Assembly (NCBI RefSeq): GCF_000181795.1
Contig: NW_003526943.1
Coordinates: 2,365,666-2,429,665, forward strand
DNA length: 64,000 nt
Source of the DNA: Trichinella spiralis
Taxonomy: Eukaryota
Direction: 5' to 3'
The translations under genes and the position numbers were made by a program. A model generated the notes under the pieces. That model did not search any database. It saw only the letters and a list, made by a program, of their open reading frames with translations, and was not told the origin of the DNA. Shown here in pieces: positions 38,084-52,602 of the stretch (its first letter is position 1; every line of letters begins with the position of its first letter).

Positions 38084-41000
38084 CCTGTGGTAATTTGAAT
38101 GTGATGATTTGTATTTTTTTTTCTTTAATTCTTTTTTTAAATTCTTCTCCGCTCTCTTTCCCCTCATTTATTTACATTTATTTCATTGTTCATGTTGTGC
38201 TTTCATGTGACCAATCGTGTTCAGCTAAGCTGACCAATTTTCCACTATTTTCTACTTTTTCCTCTTGCTTACAAAATTTTTCAGATCTGTAATTTAATAT
38301 TTATTTAACGTAAGAAAAAATGTAGAAGATTTAGATTTATATACTTCTCGTCGGACTATTGTGAGATACAACAGCTAACTGCTTCTCCTCCCCTTCTCCT
38401 CTCCCTCCCGGCTCGATTAAATGAATGTCCGAAAAGCAATTGTCCAACAATTTGCTTTGGCTGAAGCTGAACAGAAGTGACTAAGATCGATTTTCTTTTG
38501 CACGGCTATTAAGCGCTAGAATAAGCGTCAATAATTTCGTAGCCATTTGCATTTTCCACTTTGAACATCATCCCATCCCTTCAACAGCTTGAAGAGTGAA
38601 CAGGAAACAACATGTAAAAAAAGCAAACAAAAAGCAAAGCAAAGTTAACATAAAATTCTGAAGCAAGAGATGATAAAAATGAGAAAAATGATGAACAAAT
38701 ATTTTTGCCATGCCGCAAGAGTCTGCGGTGCGGTTGTTTTGGTTGGTAGCTTTGGGAAAAATGTCTCTCCCAAATGTTCTCTGACGTGTCGCAGTTGCAT
38801 CGGCATCCAGTGACGTGGCGTCCAGTTTCTTGCGGCTTTTGATAAATATATTATTATCATCACCTGTGCCAGATTGATGAGCATTTTGACATTTCACGAG
38901 CAAATTTCTCTCCTAATTTTTTTAAGCTTCAAGCGGTTAGCATTATTTATTTTCTTCATCAAAACTGTATTTCAGAAATTTAAAACTTTTTTTGTGTTCT
39001 CTTTTTAATTTCGACTTTAGAAATAAAACCTGCTTTGCAGATTGGATTTGCATTTCATTTTCTAAAAAATACAGTAATAAAATGTTGATCAACGATCACT
39101 TGAGAATGCGAGCTGTTCAAAAGTAAAAAAGCAAATGGAAGGAAAAAACAAGCCCGAAAGCTTCTTGTTTACGACAACATTTTGCCAAACAATAGATGGA
39201 AATTTTATTTTTAGAAAATAACAAATTCAATCAATTCTTTCTCAACGTTTTTTCAAAGTTATACTGTAGCCAAGGAACAAAAAAGACATAAAAAAGAGTT
39301 TTTAATTGAATTGCTGTTACTTGTTTGATCGGTGGCTTGAAGCAGTTTCGGTGATATTTTTGCTTGCGTCTATCATAGGCGGTCAGTTGAGCAATTCTGA
39401 TTTTGTTTAATGAAAAATTTGTATTGTTTTCCAAAAATTCCATTACAATCAATTTCGCCTGCTGAGAAGAAGAGAAACTGTCAGATATTTCACTTGTTTT
39501 TCATAGTATTTTTTTCATTTTTCAATATAATTTTCAAAAGTATTTCAAATTGACTTTGAAAAATCAATTATTAAAGCCCTATTTCAAGTGCAATAAGTGT
39601 TTTGTTTTGAAGCTGGTCAGTGCTGAATATTGATTGGCTAAGACAATAATAATATTTGAATGGCTTACGCGTATGAATAACAAACATTGTTCAATTGTAT
39701 CGTTTGTATGAAATATGGAAAAAAGAAGTGTTATTTTTTTCCACTTATCATCAACGAAGTGCACTGAAGTGATTGTGAAAGTTTAATTGACAAAATATAT
39801 ATTAAAATGCATTTTTATTTTAAAAAATACGTGTGTTGACAAATTTAAATTTTATTTGACAACCTCTGACGCTTGTCGTTGGTTTGCTTGTTTGCAAAGC
39901 ACGCTGAAGTTGTAGTAGTAGATCCAAGAGCAGTTGCAGTGCAAGTGCAGAATAATTTATTGATGCGGAGGTGAAATTTCAGCTCACATATTGCAATATT
40001 TCATTTTGCATAGTGCTTTTGCTGTTTTATCTTCGGTTGTTTGCGTTTCTGTGTTGATTTGCAAAAACTGAGAACTCTTCTTCGTTTTTTTGTGTGTATT
40101 TGAAGAAGAAGTCGAGTTATTTGAGCAGGAAAATTTATTTTATTGATCAGTTGAACCAAGCTGTTTGTTTATCAGTTAGCTGCGATGATTCACACAGAAG
40201 AAGAAGCTATTTTCCAATAGGAAGAAAGAACTGCTAAATGCAGGTAAATTTAGGAAAAAGTTGAATGTGAAACTGCAAATGTTGTCGTCATATTCAACAT
40301 CACATATTTTCCAACAATACCATCAATCGTTCCAAAAATGGCAATATTCATATTTGATGACAATAAAAATGCCAATAAAAAGGAAAAATGTATAAATAAA
40401 GATTGTTGTTGTTGTCAACAAGAGTTACCAATTAATGTCCAATCTTGACACTGTCACGTGCGATTGACTGAGTGCAGTTTTATTATTTTTCGACAACTGT
40501 GCTTTCAATTTTTCTGCTTATTTCCAATCATCATCACTGATCAGTTGAAGTTGGCGAAATTTCAATAATAACATCACCTTTTTGATGTGTTAATTCCCTC
40601 ACGATTTCACAAGATTTTATCGCATTCACTCCAATCAAATATGATCTTATCAAATTTTCAAAAATTTCCCAAACAAATACGGTAAGTTTGAGAACATTGG
40701 ATGGTAAATCATCTGTTGGGACCAGTAATGTGAAATGTCAACGTGGAACATTTCGCAAGTGCTTATTATTCCATTTTCCAGTTGGTAAAACCTGATAGCA
40801 TGACCCAAAGGGCTAATAATATTTGATTACACAATTTGCTTATTGTGCAGTTTACGCTTCAACTGGTGACAACAATGAACACGATGAAACTTGTTTTTTG
40901 AATAATTTGTTGCGCCATTTTTGGAAAATTCTTACCCAAAAAAGCACACACAAATTCTTTTACAATGTAAGAATTTTTAATTAATTCGGTAGATTTGAAA

Positions 41001-41745
41001 AAAAAACTAAAAATTGTTTAAGATGGAACTATTCAAGTAATTTCAAATTATTTTTAATTTGAAAAAATCTTTTCATCTTCGTCAAAACAAAAGGAATATC
41101 TTCAACGTTTTATTTATCAAATACCAAGCGTACTGTATTGTTGTTGTCTTCAAGAACAATGTTGTCATAAATATTTACTTTTCATCTTTAGTTTATTCTA
41201 GCGCAATAAAAGTGATTCATTTTATTGATTCTTAAGTTTAAACTTCATTCAAAACGACAAATTCATGCAAACAATTAAAATATCAAATTTAATATGAAAG
41301 TAAACAAAATTTTTGTCTGCATTCAATTTACATCGATTTATTTACCTTCATGCCGATTTTCTATTTTATACTTTCAAAATTTGTTCATCAATTTCAATGA
41401 TTGAATGTTGCAATTTATCACATTATAAAACGTATATCTTGTATAATTTATCAACTTTTAAATTATTATTATTATAAAACTAACACTGTTTAAAATTACG
41501 AAGCAACAATTTAAATCATTGCAGTAATTAAATGAAAAATTATTTATTTTATTGTTTTAATATTTTCCAAAGTGAATATTTATTTCAAATGCTGTGTTTG
41601 AATGGATGAATATGCGAAATGTTTTTTTAATTTATTAAAATATCTAATCAACAATTTATCAATGGCAGCTTCATGTAGTAAAATTTCGTTTCAAATAAAC
41701 AATTTGAAATTTTTTTTGAAAATCTCATAGAACAATTCAAAGTGA

Positions 41746-42429
41746 TTAAAGCACTTCTACGGTTTGTTTTTTTATAATTAAATTTGAACTTTTTTGAGAA
41801 ATTTTCCAACACATGTCATATTTGCAAACACCATGATCTTTGCAATCTGAAGATTTTTGGCAAGGAGTATGCATTGGTTCAGCCGGCTTGCATTGTCCAC
41901 GGTCACAGATTGACTGACCAGGGCAGTCGTCTTGCTTATTACAACGCTCTTGAAAATATCCTTAAAATGTGTTTAAATTTTTTTAAAATTAATTTATTGT
42001 ACATTAAGAAATAAACAATATAAAAGACAGACTTTCAAATTTCCAACACAAGTTGTGCTTGCACGCACCGTGACGACCGCAGGATCCATCCTTTTGGCAC
42101 TTCACAATCATTGGGCTTCTTCGACCGCTAGTACATATGCCTTGTGCTTCACACAGATTATCACCGGGACATTGTTCATGAACTTTGCAGTAATGCACTG
42201 CAAGTTGAAATTTTTATTCAAAATGGAAAAACTGTTCTTTTTAAACTGTCTTGCAGTATATTAAAAACATTTTTTTCATTATTCTATTTCATCTTTATTA
42301 AGTAAATAATATTAAATAAGTTTTGAAATAATGCAAATGTCACATTTGTTGATAAATACCTTGTTGATTGGAATTTTTGACAAGTAAGAAGAAGGAAATA
42401 AACCCAAATATGCAAGTTGATTTCAGCAT
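41746..42429 (-). CDS. Small secreted protein with two tandem 8-cysteine modules
   Basis: Exons 42429-42360 (signal peptide MLKSTCIFGFISFFLLV), 42197-42033 (CKVHEQCPGDNLC..C..CQKDGSC..CKHNLCW), 41960-41746 (CNKQDDCPGQSIC..C..CQKSSDC..CKYDMCW); phases compatible. Confidence 0.8.
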
Positions 42430-43393
42430 ACTTTATTTGGATGCTTTGCTTATTTCTTGCCACTCAAGCTTTAAAGCTTCTCATAGCGTTTATATAAAAT
42501 TGTCGTGACGTATAAGAATAAACAAATATGAATAAGCAAATTTAATTTTGCGATGTCTAAGAATTGTCTGTAAGAATTTAAAATTAACCAATATTAAGAT
42601 GTAGACGTTTACTATTTGAAGAACATCCACAATACTATAATTCAGTGCGATAAAATAAATAAAATATTATCAAATTTAATTAAGTTTCCAATGTAGACAG
42701 AATGTTAAATAATTTTAAATAAAATTTGAAACAATACAAAACAAAACTGTGATTTGAATTTTATTTATTTTGAAAATAGGAATTGTAGAAATATTAAATA
42801 TAAGCTTCATTAGAGAGACATGTTAAAAATCAATTTTGAAAAATTAATATGACACGTAGATCAACAATTTAAAATTCTATTTTAATACTTTGCTTTGCAT
42901 TTTGAGAAGAGCGTTTTAAAGGTTTCTTTAATTGTAAAATTTCTTGTTACCCCAGAGAATTCAAAATAACAAAAATTGAAGATATTAAAATTAAATTATA
43001 AGGAAGAAATACTAATAAATATACAACTAAAAATTTACTGTAAATATGTTTATTGCAATTATTGATTGATGACATAGTACGAAAATGATAAAATATGAAA
43101 AAATTCATTACGAAATAAAGTCCGCAAACGAAGAACAAAAAATAGCATTACAATATATTACATTTTCACAAAACAGTGCACAAAGTAAAATTCAAATCTT
43201 AAAATATGTAATACGTTATTTGTTAAATTAAATTAATTTCATTATTAACAAAAGAATTTAAATATAAACTGACATATAAATGCTGTTCTCAAGTAAATAC
43301 ACTGAATTTCAGTTTCATATTTCATAAAAAAACAAAAGGGCTTTTTTTCATCATTCATATTTAAGAGCTTTACTTTAGAATTGAAAATGGTCC

Positions 43394-43464
43394 TGCGCCG
43401 ACCGGGAATCGAACCCGGGTCCCTTGCGTGGGAGGCAAGGATTCTACCATTGAACCATCGACGC
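43394..43464 (-). tRNA. tRNA-Gly (CCC)
   Basis: GCGTCGATGGTTCAATGGTAGAATCCTTGCCT-CCC-ACGCAAGGGACCCGGGTTCGATTCCCGGTCGGCGCA. Confidence 0.95.
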
Positions 43465-44250
43465 TTTGTAAACTTTTGTCAAATAAATTTATAAATAAAA
43501 TAAGCTTGTCAGTTTTCGTTTGTGTTATAGCAACTGCTAATAAAATAATTGTTAAGCTAAATTAGTTTCATATTTTAATAATAAGTAAAATAAATTATAG
43601 TAAATTTATTATTATACAACCAAGTTATGAAACAAGATTATAAAGCAGTTGCTGAAGCTGTCACAAAATAACATTGAAATTTGCTTTGTTTGATTAAAAT
43701 GAATAATTTTAAAATGCAAAATAAACCAAAATGCATGACAAGCTTTTGCACGATTAAAAACAGCTTAAACGTGCAACATTCCATGGTGTGATGCTTTTAA
43801 GTAATCACAATGACTCACGCCACATAGAATCATTTTAAAATTTTATTTAAAATATATAAAATGTTTCATCTAAATCAATTAAAGAGAATTAAATACTTTT
43901 GTACATTTAAATAATAAATTACATATATTTCATAATTCAATAAAATAAATAAGCAACACAGCAGTAGGCAAGAAAGATGAGCATGCATTAAAAAATTATC
44001 TCTCTGGCAAGTTGATCATTGCATTAAATGCTTGAAATGCACATTCATATGTTTATATTTTTTTGAAAGTGATAGAGTTGAAATTTGATTTACTTACAAT
44101 GAAAATTTTATATCTGAAATGCTGAATAGGTATATAATTTCATACTGAAATTCTAACTGGACCATGTAACGCACATGAAATTGAAGTTGATGCTTCAACA
44201 AATGCATTTTATTTTAATAGTGTGGTTCAGTTTGAAAAGTCAATTTTCAA

Positions 44251-45715
44251 ATGTTACGGTTTGTTATCGGTGTTCTTTTATGCTCTTTTACAAAAGCTGA
44301 TTACAGAAATGCTGTTGAATCGTTGATAAGTCATGTTGTAAAACAGTCTAGACAAAGTCGAACTTCAAGCATTACAGATTTTAATGATTCTACTAACATT
44401 GGATTCAAAGTTTACATTCGAGCTATTGATGAGATTGTATGTGATACATATATTTAATTATATTTGTGCGTGTATATAATATGTGATAATTTTTTCTATA
44501 TTTTAGAATGAATTTTCTAGTTTGATGACAATGCGTTTTGCTCTACAAATTGTAAGTAAAATTATTTACACCCAGTAACAGATTAAGTTTATGAAATAAT
44601 TATATTAATGAAAAAAAAATTCTATATAGGGATGGACAAATGCAGACCTGCGATGGAATCCTGAGGAATTTGAAGGAATTCGATTTGTCAGTGTGCCTAG
44701 AGGATTTATATGGATACCAAAGTTGAAAGTGATAAATGCGTATGAATAATTTATTCTTTTAATAATAAAAGAATAACTTCAAATGAATGAAAGTAAACGT
44801 TTTTTTCAGATTCAACGACTCCATTTTGTCATACAGTTCTCGCACTCCTATAAGCATTTGGAGTATTGGTTACGTTTTCATAACACCTGTTTTGCAGACT
44901 ACAGTATCCTGTTTAATAGATGCTTCAGATTATCCAAAGGATGAGCACGAATGCTCAGTAATTTTTGCAATATTGAAAGATAATGACAAGAGACCACTTT
45001 TCAGCTTTCCACTGCCACCTGAAATGCGCTTGTATTGGCCTCATGAGAAAGTGAACGATTCGAAACTTTACATTGGAAATTGGAAACTGACCGGCCTTTC
45101 ACAAGCAGAAAAACTTTACAATCCTGTAACAACAGCTTTATATGAGAATCATAAAAACAAGACTGATGACAATCTTTTAAACGTTATGGAAATAAAAGTC
45201 AAATTCCAGCGTCACATAGCTTCGTTCAATCTCACTATAGTTATTCCACTTGTGCTTGCAACGCTGTTGACAATTTTTTTAACAGCAAAATGGATTTCAA
45301 ATCTTCTTGCAATAGCGGTGCTTATTATTAATTTATTTATGCAATTTGTTTCAATGAACTACATGATTCTTCACTTTCCACCTGCTGCTTCAAAATCTCC
45401 AAAAATAGGTTCATCCTAATATTCCATTTTTTTAATTTTAATTCAATATTTTTAATAATTTTAGAAAAGCTGTACTTTACAACAATTTGCATGACGTTTG
45501 TTGCGATCAGTTACCGAATTTTCAAACAGTGGCATGACGTTCACGTCTCTCAATTTGATCAAGAGCACAAAACTGTTGGTCAACAGGAAGGCAGGCACAT
45601 GTCATTGGTCGTGGAAAATTTCAGAAAAAGAAAACTAATAACACTTTTTAATTGGACTGCAGTTATTATTTATTTAGTGTTTTTTGTGATTTTCATGATT
45701 GTTTGCTTGACATGA
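44251..45715 (+). CDS. Divergent Cys-loop ligand-gated ion channel subunit (nAChR-like, non-alpha)
   Basis: Exons 44251-44436, 44507-44551, 44630-44739, 44810-45408, 45465-45715. Signal peptide, WTNADLRWNPEEFEGI..VP..IWIP, Cys-loop CLIDASDYPKDEHEC, four hydrophobic helices. Confidence 0.85.
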
Positions 45716-48451
45716 TTGCTTCAAAATAACTTCAGTAATGAAATCGTTGCATCGGCATGAGAAAAGTATTTGATACGTTGAAATTCTAAATTTTCTTGCA
45801 AATTATTAAAATTAATTGTAAAATGAAAAAATGCAATTTTTGAACTTTAGTCAAATACTGAAATAAAAGAATTATAAAATACTGAATTATAAAATGTTAT
45901 GAATATCATATTGATTTATTTAAATTATCATGCGTCACTATTTTGTATTATAAAATTATCAAACTGATGCGTATTCTTCTATGTACTATTTATTTTACGA
46001 TTATTGTCATAATTTCATTACTTAATTTTTTTTATTGAGAAAAATTGAGAATTTGAAGAAAGTTGAATGGAAGTTCAGTTTAATGAGAATCTGAAATGAG
46101 TTAACAAATAAATTAATCAACTCTTTGAAGATTAAATATTTAAAATAATCATTTTGCGTAATTTAACTTTAAAATAATTTCATCATTATTAAATTAGCTT
46201 AATAGTGTAGCTTTCACACTCATTCTTGACGTGTTAACTCCTCAAACAAGCAAAGCTTATTTACTATATATTATTTTTTCAGGTTTTATGAATACACACT
46301 GCGATAACACAGGATTTTATTTTTTGAAAAGTTTAACACATGATTGCCATTGTTATTTCATTGCACAGTCTATGAAACAAATAAAATACAAATTAAATCA
46401 GTTTATAAACTGTTAACATATTATTTATGAGAATTATTTAAGACAAAAATGCAATCGCTGTTCTACAAATAATGTTCCTTCAAAAAATTGCTAGGCAATT
46501 ATGAATAACGTGCAATGTTCATGCATAATGTATGCATAACATTGCAAGAGTTTTATGGAACAATCTTATATGAAAAAAAATAAAAATCATTCTTTAAATA
46601 AACACTATTTATAACAAAAATGAAAAATAAAATTGACATTACTTTTTACATTTTTTATTTTTTATATAAAACAGAATATATACGATACAATTTTATGTAT
46701 AAGCTTGTAATTCCTAAGTGCTTTTTTTTCTTGAGATTGAGATCTAAATTTGCTACACATGTGAGTGTAAAAACAAATAAATAATGTCGATGAACAGTTT
46801 TTTAACAGCAGCGTAAAGAGTGGAAACAGAAAAAACGTTAATGATTTTTACATGACAGCGCTGCTAATTTATTATTATCAATCAATAAATAATGACGGGT
46901 TGTGTGGTTAAAAGACGAAGAATCAGAAAACTTAAATGCTGAAGGTATTATTTTTTACTATTTTTTTAAAAAAAACTATTTTTGCATTTTTAACGTTTTA
47001 GCATTGATTTTGAATAATTTGTATTGTCATGGCTATTACCGCCAACATCAAAATACCAATAGATAAATATTTTGAATTTAAAAAATAAATAAAGAAACTA
47101 CACAGTTATAGTGCAAATAATAATTGAGGAACTTAATCAACCGCTTCAATATTTTTTCAGCAAACGTGTAAGACATTTCAATTTAATTTAATTCAAACAA
47201 GATAATTACAAAAAATTAACACTTTCATTTTATGTTAAATTAAAAGCATCTATTTATTAAAAATACGATAGTTTAATGGAAGCCAGGAAATAACGCAGAA
47301 TAAGTAAGAATAAGAAAGACAATTAAATGAACATTACAATTTCTTTCCTTTCACAGTTAATAAGTACCATCATCGGTAATAAAATTGAATGCTGTCATTT
47401 TTTTCTCAATTTTTCTATTAAACAGCGTCATCTAATTTAATAATTCAAAAATAACATTAATATATAAATAAATGTATGTAAGTGCAAAAACATTTGTACG
47501 CATGTAAGACACACACACACACACACATATTTATTTATCTATTTATATTTATATATATTTATATTACATTTTTATATTATATTTATATTACATTTTAAGG
47601 TACATTTTTAGGTGTTGGTTTTGCTGAAAGAAGTTGTAAAAGATTCTATACTGCCTTGTTGCATTGCAGGTTAAACTTACTGAATATTAATTTCAAAGTA
47701 TGGTCTAACTTTTCTATTTGATGACTTATATTATACATTTTTTGTCTGAAACATATACAAATAGTATAATAAATTCATAAAACTGAAAAATAAAAGTAAA
47801 GTTTTGATAAGACAGAAATGATAACATTTCACTTAGCGCTTTTCAGCTATGCTGAACAATTTCTATATGTTAATTTATGTGTCCATTAATTTAAAATTAA
47901 TAAACAGTATCAACTAAAAGTAATGTAATAGAAATTATTTTGAATGTATTTTATAATCCAACTGACTTGATACCCTTCAAACAAAGCCTACCACCCACGT
48001 GTGCATAATTTGGAAAGCTTCAGAAAAAAAATGCTCATATATGATAACAAATAATGAAATAAAAAGCATCAATTTTTAATTTAAAAAAGTAATTTAATAC
48101 AGTGATGTTTCACATAATAAATGGTAAAAATAAATGCGTCTGAAGATTGTAGAAATTGATTTCTCTTCAGCATGACAGGATGATTGCAGTTTGAATTTTC
48201 TGTTAAAAATTATCCAGTATCCTCTGGATTAATTATGACAGAATTGTCACAAACTAATTGATGTATAAAGTATAAATTTTTATTATCCGTAATTATATTT
48301 TCATTCATTAATTGATGACATGCATCAACATGACGATTGTATAAAATGGAAGATTTTCTGAAAAGTTTGCTGCTACTAGAAATCATTTCATAATATAATT
48401 CGACCGCCTGTTATTTGTATTTAGCTGTATGCTGAATTTGAAAAAAAAACA

Positions 48452-49676
48452 ATGGGCTTGTTGAAACTGAAAATCTATCACTCTACAAATGAAACTGCTA
48501 ATTCGCTTTATCATTTGCTAGTGAGTATTTCTTTATGTTTTGTATTTTACAGTGAAACATCAATTAGAAAAAAATGAAACCTTCGTGTGACTCCCCTTTT
48601 TGGACGTCATATATTGAGATTATTTTCACATTCATTAGAATAAAGTTTAATAAAATTATATATAAATAAAACAGAAGCAAGCAAATTAAATGGATTTAAC
48701 ACTAATAGGAGAGTTTATAACTTTCAATATCATCTTAGAAATGACCAATGATAGATTAAATGGAAAACTTTTCAGAAATGCTATCCGTAAATTTGTTTCA
48801 TTATTAATTAATAATATGTAGAAAAAATACTCTTAACCTCTGCTAAAAACTTCTCCTAAATGAAAATTCAAATTTACCTAACCAATACATAATTTTGTTT
48901 TTAAAACTGTATGTTCATCCAGTTTTTCTTTAACAGAAGCAAAAGTTAAATTATAAACTGTGATCATCACATATGCAGCTATTGTTCGTGTATACTGACT
49001 GATCGAATTGCATAAAATGAACAAACAAGCAATACTGCATTCGTAGAAAAGAAAACCAATAATAATATTTTTAAAAATTGGAATATTTTTGTCGTTTAAG
49101 CTTCTGTGGATTGTTTTAACTCATGGAAATGTGAACGCAAACACGGAACCGCTCTGCAGCAGTTACGCTAAACAGTGCCCCTTTGCCAACGGGGTGGAGA
49201 GTGCATATTTGGAGTGGATTCTGACCCGCAACGACACGTTCGCCATGCAACTACTGACGCCGGACAACGTCCGGTTGCGCTATTTTCCACCGAATCTGCT
49301 CTGCGACGGGGCTCTGCTGTACGGTGAACGGGCGTGTCCGCAGCGGCTGCTCGACGGTGGTGGCCACCACCATGGGGTCAACGAACGCTCCCTCTGCCCC
49401 TGGTATTGGACAGTCAACTACGATCCACTGAGAATCCCGCCCTCGTTGCCGGAGGCGAGGTGCGCCTGCGACCGGGCAGTGCTACCGCCCAATTTGTCCT
49501 ACGAATGCGAGACCGTCACGTACAAGTTGAAAGTGCTCCGCTTCGACCCACTGTGCGAAAGTTACATTCCTACAGTAGCCAAACTGGCCATTGGCTGCAC
49601 GCCGATCCAAGAAACAACGTACAACGTTTTGCAAAGACCAATCAGCGAGACACTTTTCGCTCCGTACGAGTACTGA
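48452..49676 (+). CDS. Interleukin-17 family cystine-knot protein
   Basis: Main exon 49101-49676: NERSLCPWYWTVNYDPLRIPPSLPEARCAC..CETVTYKLKVLR..C..Y..LAIGCT. Probable first exon 48452-48520 (phase 0, gtgagt) completes a signal peptide LYHLLLLWIVL. Confidence 0.88.
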
Positions 49677-50896
49677 CAGTTGACCAATTTAAAATTTTCA
49701 CACAATTTTCTAATCAGATGTTTGATCTGTTTTATAAGATGGAAAATAAAAATAAACATTATTACATCTCGAAATTATTATTATTATTATTATTATATAA
49801 ATTGTAATTCTTTGTAAAACTAATTGATTGGTGATTGCATTTCAAAATTAACAATTTTACCAAATCAAAATAAATAAACCCCTAATATCAATAATTCCAA
49901 TACAACAACAAATTGACAATTTGCAATTACTTTGCGCATATTCTGCAATTTATTCAACAAATAACAGCTGCACCAAACTGAAACTTACCGTAACACACAC
50001 CCACCTGACACATCAACTTTGCTGATTTAAAATTTTCTCCAACAATAAACTACAAGAAACAAATTTTAACCCATTTCATCATTTTGAAATCAACTTCAAA
50101 ACCAACACCATACAAATAAAAATTAATCAAACATACGCTATCTAATTCGTATTAAAAAAAGAAAGTTATTAAAATAAGCTTCTCTCCTAAACTATTACTT
50201 GATTGGTGTAAATGTCAGAATTGAAAACTATACACTGACGACGTCGGATAGAGTAATTCAGATGCAAAAAAAATAAACATAAATTAATCCATTCCACTTA
50301 TTTACCTCTAATAAAACTCATAAATTAACAAGAATACCATCATTAAAAGAATAATAATAAGATAAACACAAAATATGTTGTTTCCCAAACTTTTCGAATG
50401 TGCAAAACATTCAGTATCTTTGTACTGTTAAAGTCAACTTTACGCTATTCATTACCCCTTCACCGCCTCCTTTCCAAAATAAAAAATAATTAAACTAATA
50501 GCTAAGTTTTTGATCAGTCTGTCTGATTACTAATTTTGCTTTTTGTCGTCATGGAAATTGTTCTCCCAATGCTTTAACAACAATCATACAATAAAACTAA
50601 TCAATTCAAAAATAATAATTATTAAGTGAGTATTAATTAGAAAGAAAAAGAAACATACGAGTGAATAATGTAAAAAAATTTTTCACAGGATAAAACAACA
50701 ATGTGCGCCACTATTCTTATATGTTTACCACAAAAGTTGCCTGCCTTCAGACATAAAAAAATTATATTATTGCTAATTGCTGGAACTGCATGCTGGCTAA
50801 TTTTACACATATTTGTTTTTTATCTGCTTCAATGAAAAGTGATTTCCATATGGTGCAGTGTCTTTTATTTCAATAAAGTCATCATAATGGCAACAG

Positions 50897-52178
50897 CTAC
50901 TGCAAACCTCCAATAATGTCCAAATTGTCAAAGAAGGAGTGGAATTTAGCACGTTCAACAAGGTAAACTCTTCGATACGTGACAGTACAACGGTGATCTT
51001 CTTCATCATGAGTAGCGTGTTGCGGACACAGCTTGAAAGAATATTCGAAGCATATATCGGCAATCTTAACAAACAAACAATGCAATGCAATACAAATAAT
51101 TTGACTAATTCAAAAATAAAAAATCTACATCTTTCAAAGCCTCTTCTTCCATATTTCGACATCTGTAACGAATCGGAGCCGACTGCTTGCCGACGTACAT
51201 TCCCTGCATTCGACTTATCATAACGTAATGCGTAAAACGTCGAAAATTCGAATCCGCAGCGTAAAACCTGAAAAAACATGCAAATGAAGCACAATGATAA
51301 TTTTTGAATATGAAATATTTTTTTTACAAGACATATTTCATCGCTTCAAGAGCAACAGATCTGGGCAGCAAGTCGACCCGTTCGTTCATCAGCAAACCAA
51401 TTCGCCTGGGCATTTTGAACATGTCAGCAAATTGTTGTTTCTGCGCATCGCTTAAATTCGACATTCGGCACTTTGCAATCAAATACTTTTCCAACTGTGC
51501 TACTGCCGAATTCTAGCAACACACAAAGAAACACAAATAAATTTAAATAAATAATAACAACGCTTGAATTAAACGGCCTACTCTTTTTGTCAAATCGATG
51601 CAAGCTTGAAAGCCGTATATAGCTTGTGGAATCATTTGGAAAAAGTCATTGTACATTTCGTCATTCAAAGGACCCTGCGCTTTAATTGCAAAATTGGAAA
51701 CAAAACAGAGATGATTGCCCAATACAGTGTCCCAAATTCTATCAGTGTCAATGGTGCCGCATCCGAAAAGCTAAATTTTTTTCAAAAAAACATGAATAAA
51801 TACAATGTTGAACTGTTTCCAAATGGAATTTTAAAAAATTTAAATAAACAATAATTTTATAAAAAAAAGAAACTGCTCACTTGTCTGAAAATGAATGCAA
51901 TTCCATCCATTTGATTTTCGGACGGGGATGTAATATGGAAATGCACTTTCAAACTCTGGTTGAAATATATATGAAAAAAGAAAAACATGAATCATCACTC
52001 ACATCATCGTTGCATAATAAATAAATTCAAATGAATGTTAAACAAAAAATACAACTAATAAAATAATAAATTTCTTTTTTACCGGTGACAATTCATGGAC
52101 TGGTGTGTGCACCCTCATTATATGAGACAAGAACCAGGACAACGACGGCCATGGTATCAGATCTCGTACGCTGCTCAT
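50897..52178 (-). CDS. BCCIP: Divergent BCCIP/Bcp1-like protein
   Basis: Spliced exons give KVHFHITSPSENQMDGIAFIFRQLF, AIYGFQACIDL, IGLLMNERVDLLPRSVA, FEYSF..YRRVYLV, collinear with BCCIP motifs (DGIKKLLQQLF, VFGFISLLNL, VGLLLSERFINVP). Confidence 0.62.
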
Positions 52179-52602
52179 CGAAGAAATAAAATAAAAACCA
52201 ATAAAACCTCAAATAAACCAGCAATTGCATTAAATATATCGAAAAATTGGCTAAAAATCAAAAAGTAACAGAAAAAACAATAAGAATATACTGTGATAAA
52301 CAGAGGAAAACAACACAATCATATATTTGTCACCAATGCCAATGATGATGATAATGTTTACTTTCATTTTTGCATTGAAAGCAATGAAATATGCTTTCTT
52401 TTTCCTCGCTAACAAAAAAATTAACCAAATTAACAAAACCAAACCAAACAAAACAACAAACAACAACAACAACAACATTGCACAAGTGCAACGTGTAACA
52501 ATCAGGCCAGAAAACGGTATTCATCTTTGTCTTGCAAAGCAAATAATGTGAAAACAACAAACAAACAAACAAACAATTTAAAATAAAAATCTTTTCCAAT
52601 TG

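Noticed and set aside
38574..38592. TCCCTTCAACAGCT resembling part of miR-133
   Set aside because: Seed absent, two indels and no hairpin evident
38300..41700. Gene-free stretch with isolated donor-like sites (near 40243 and 40682)
   Set aside because: No coherent coding frame; may be regulatory or non-coding but unsupported
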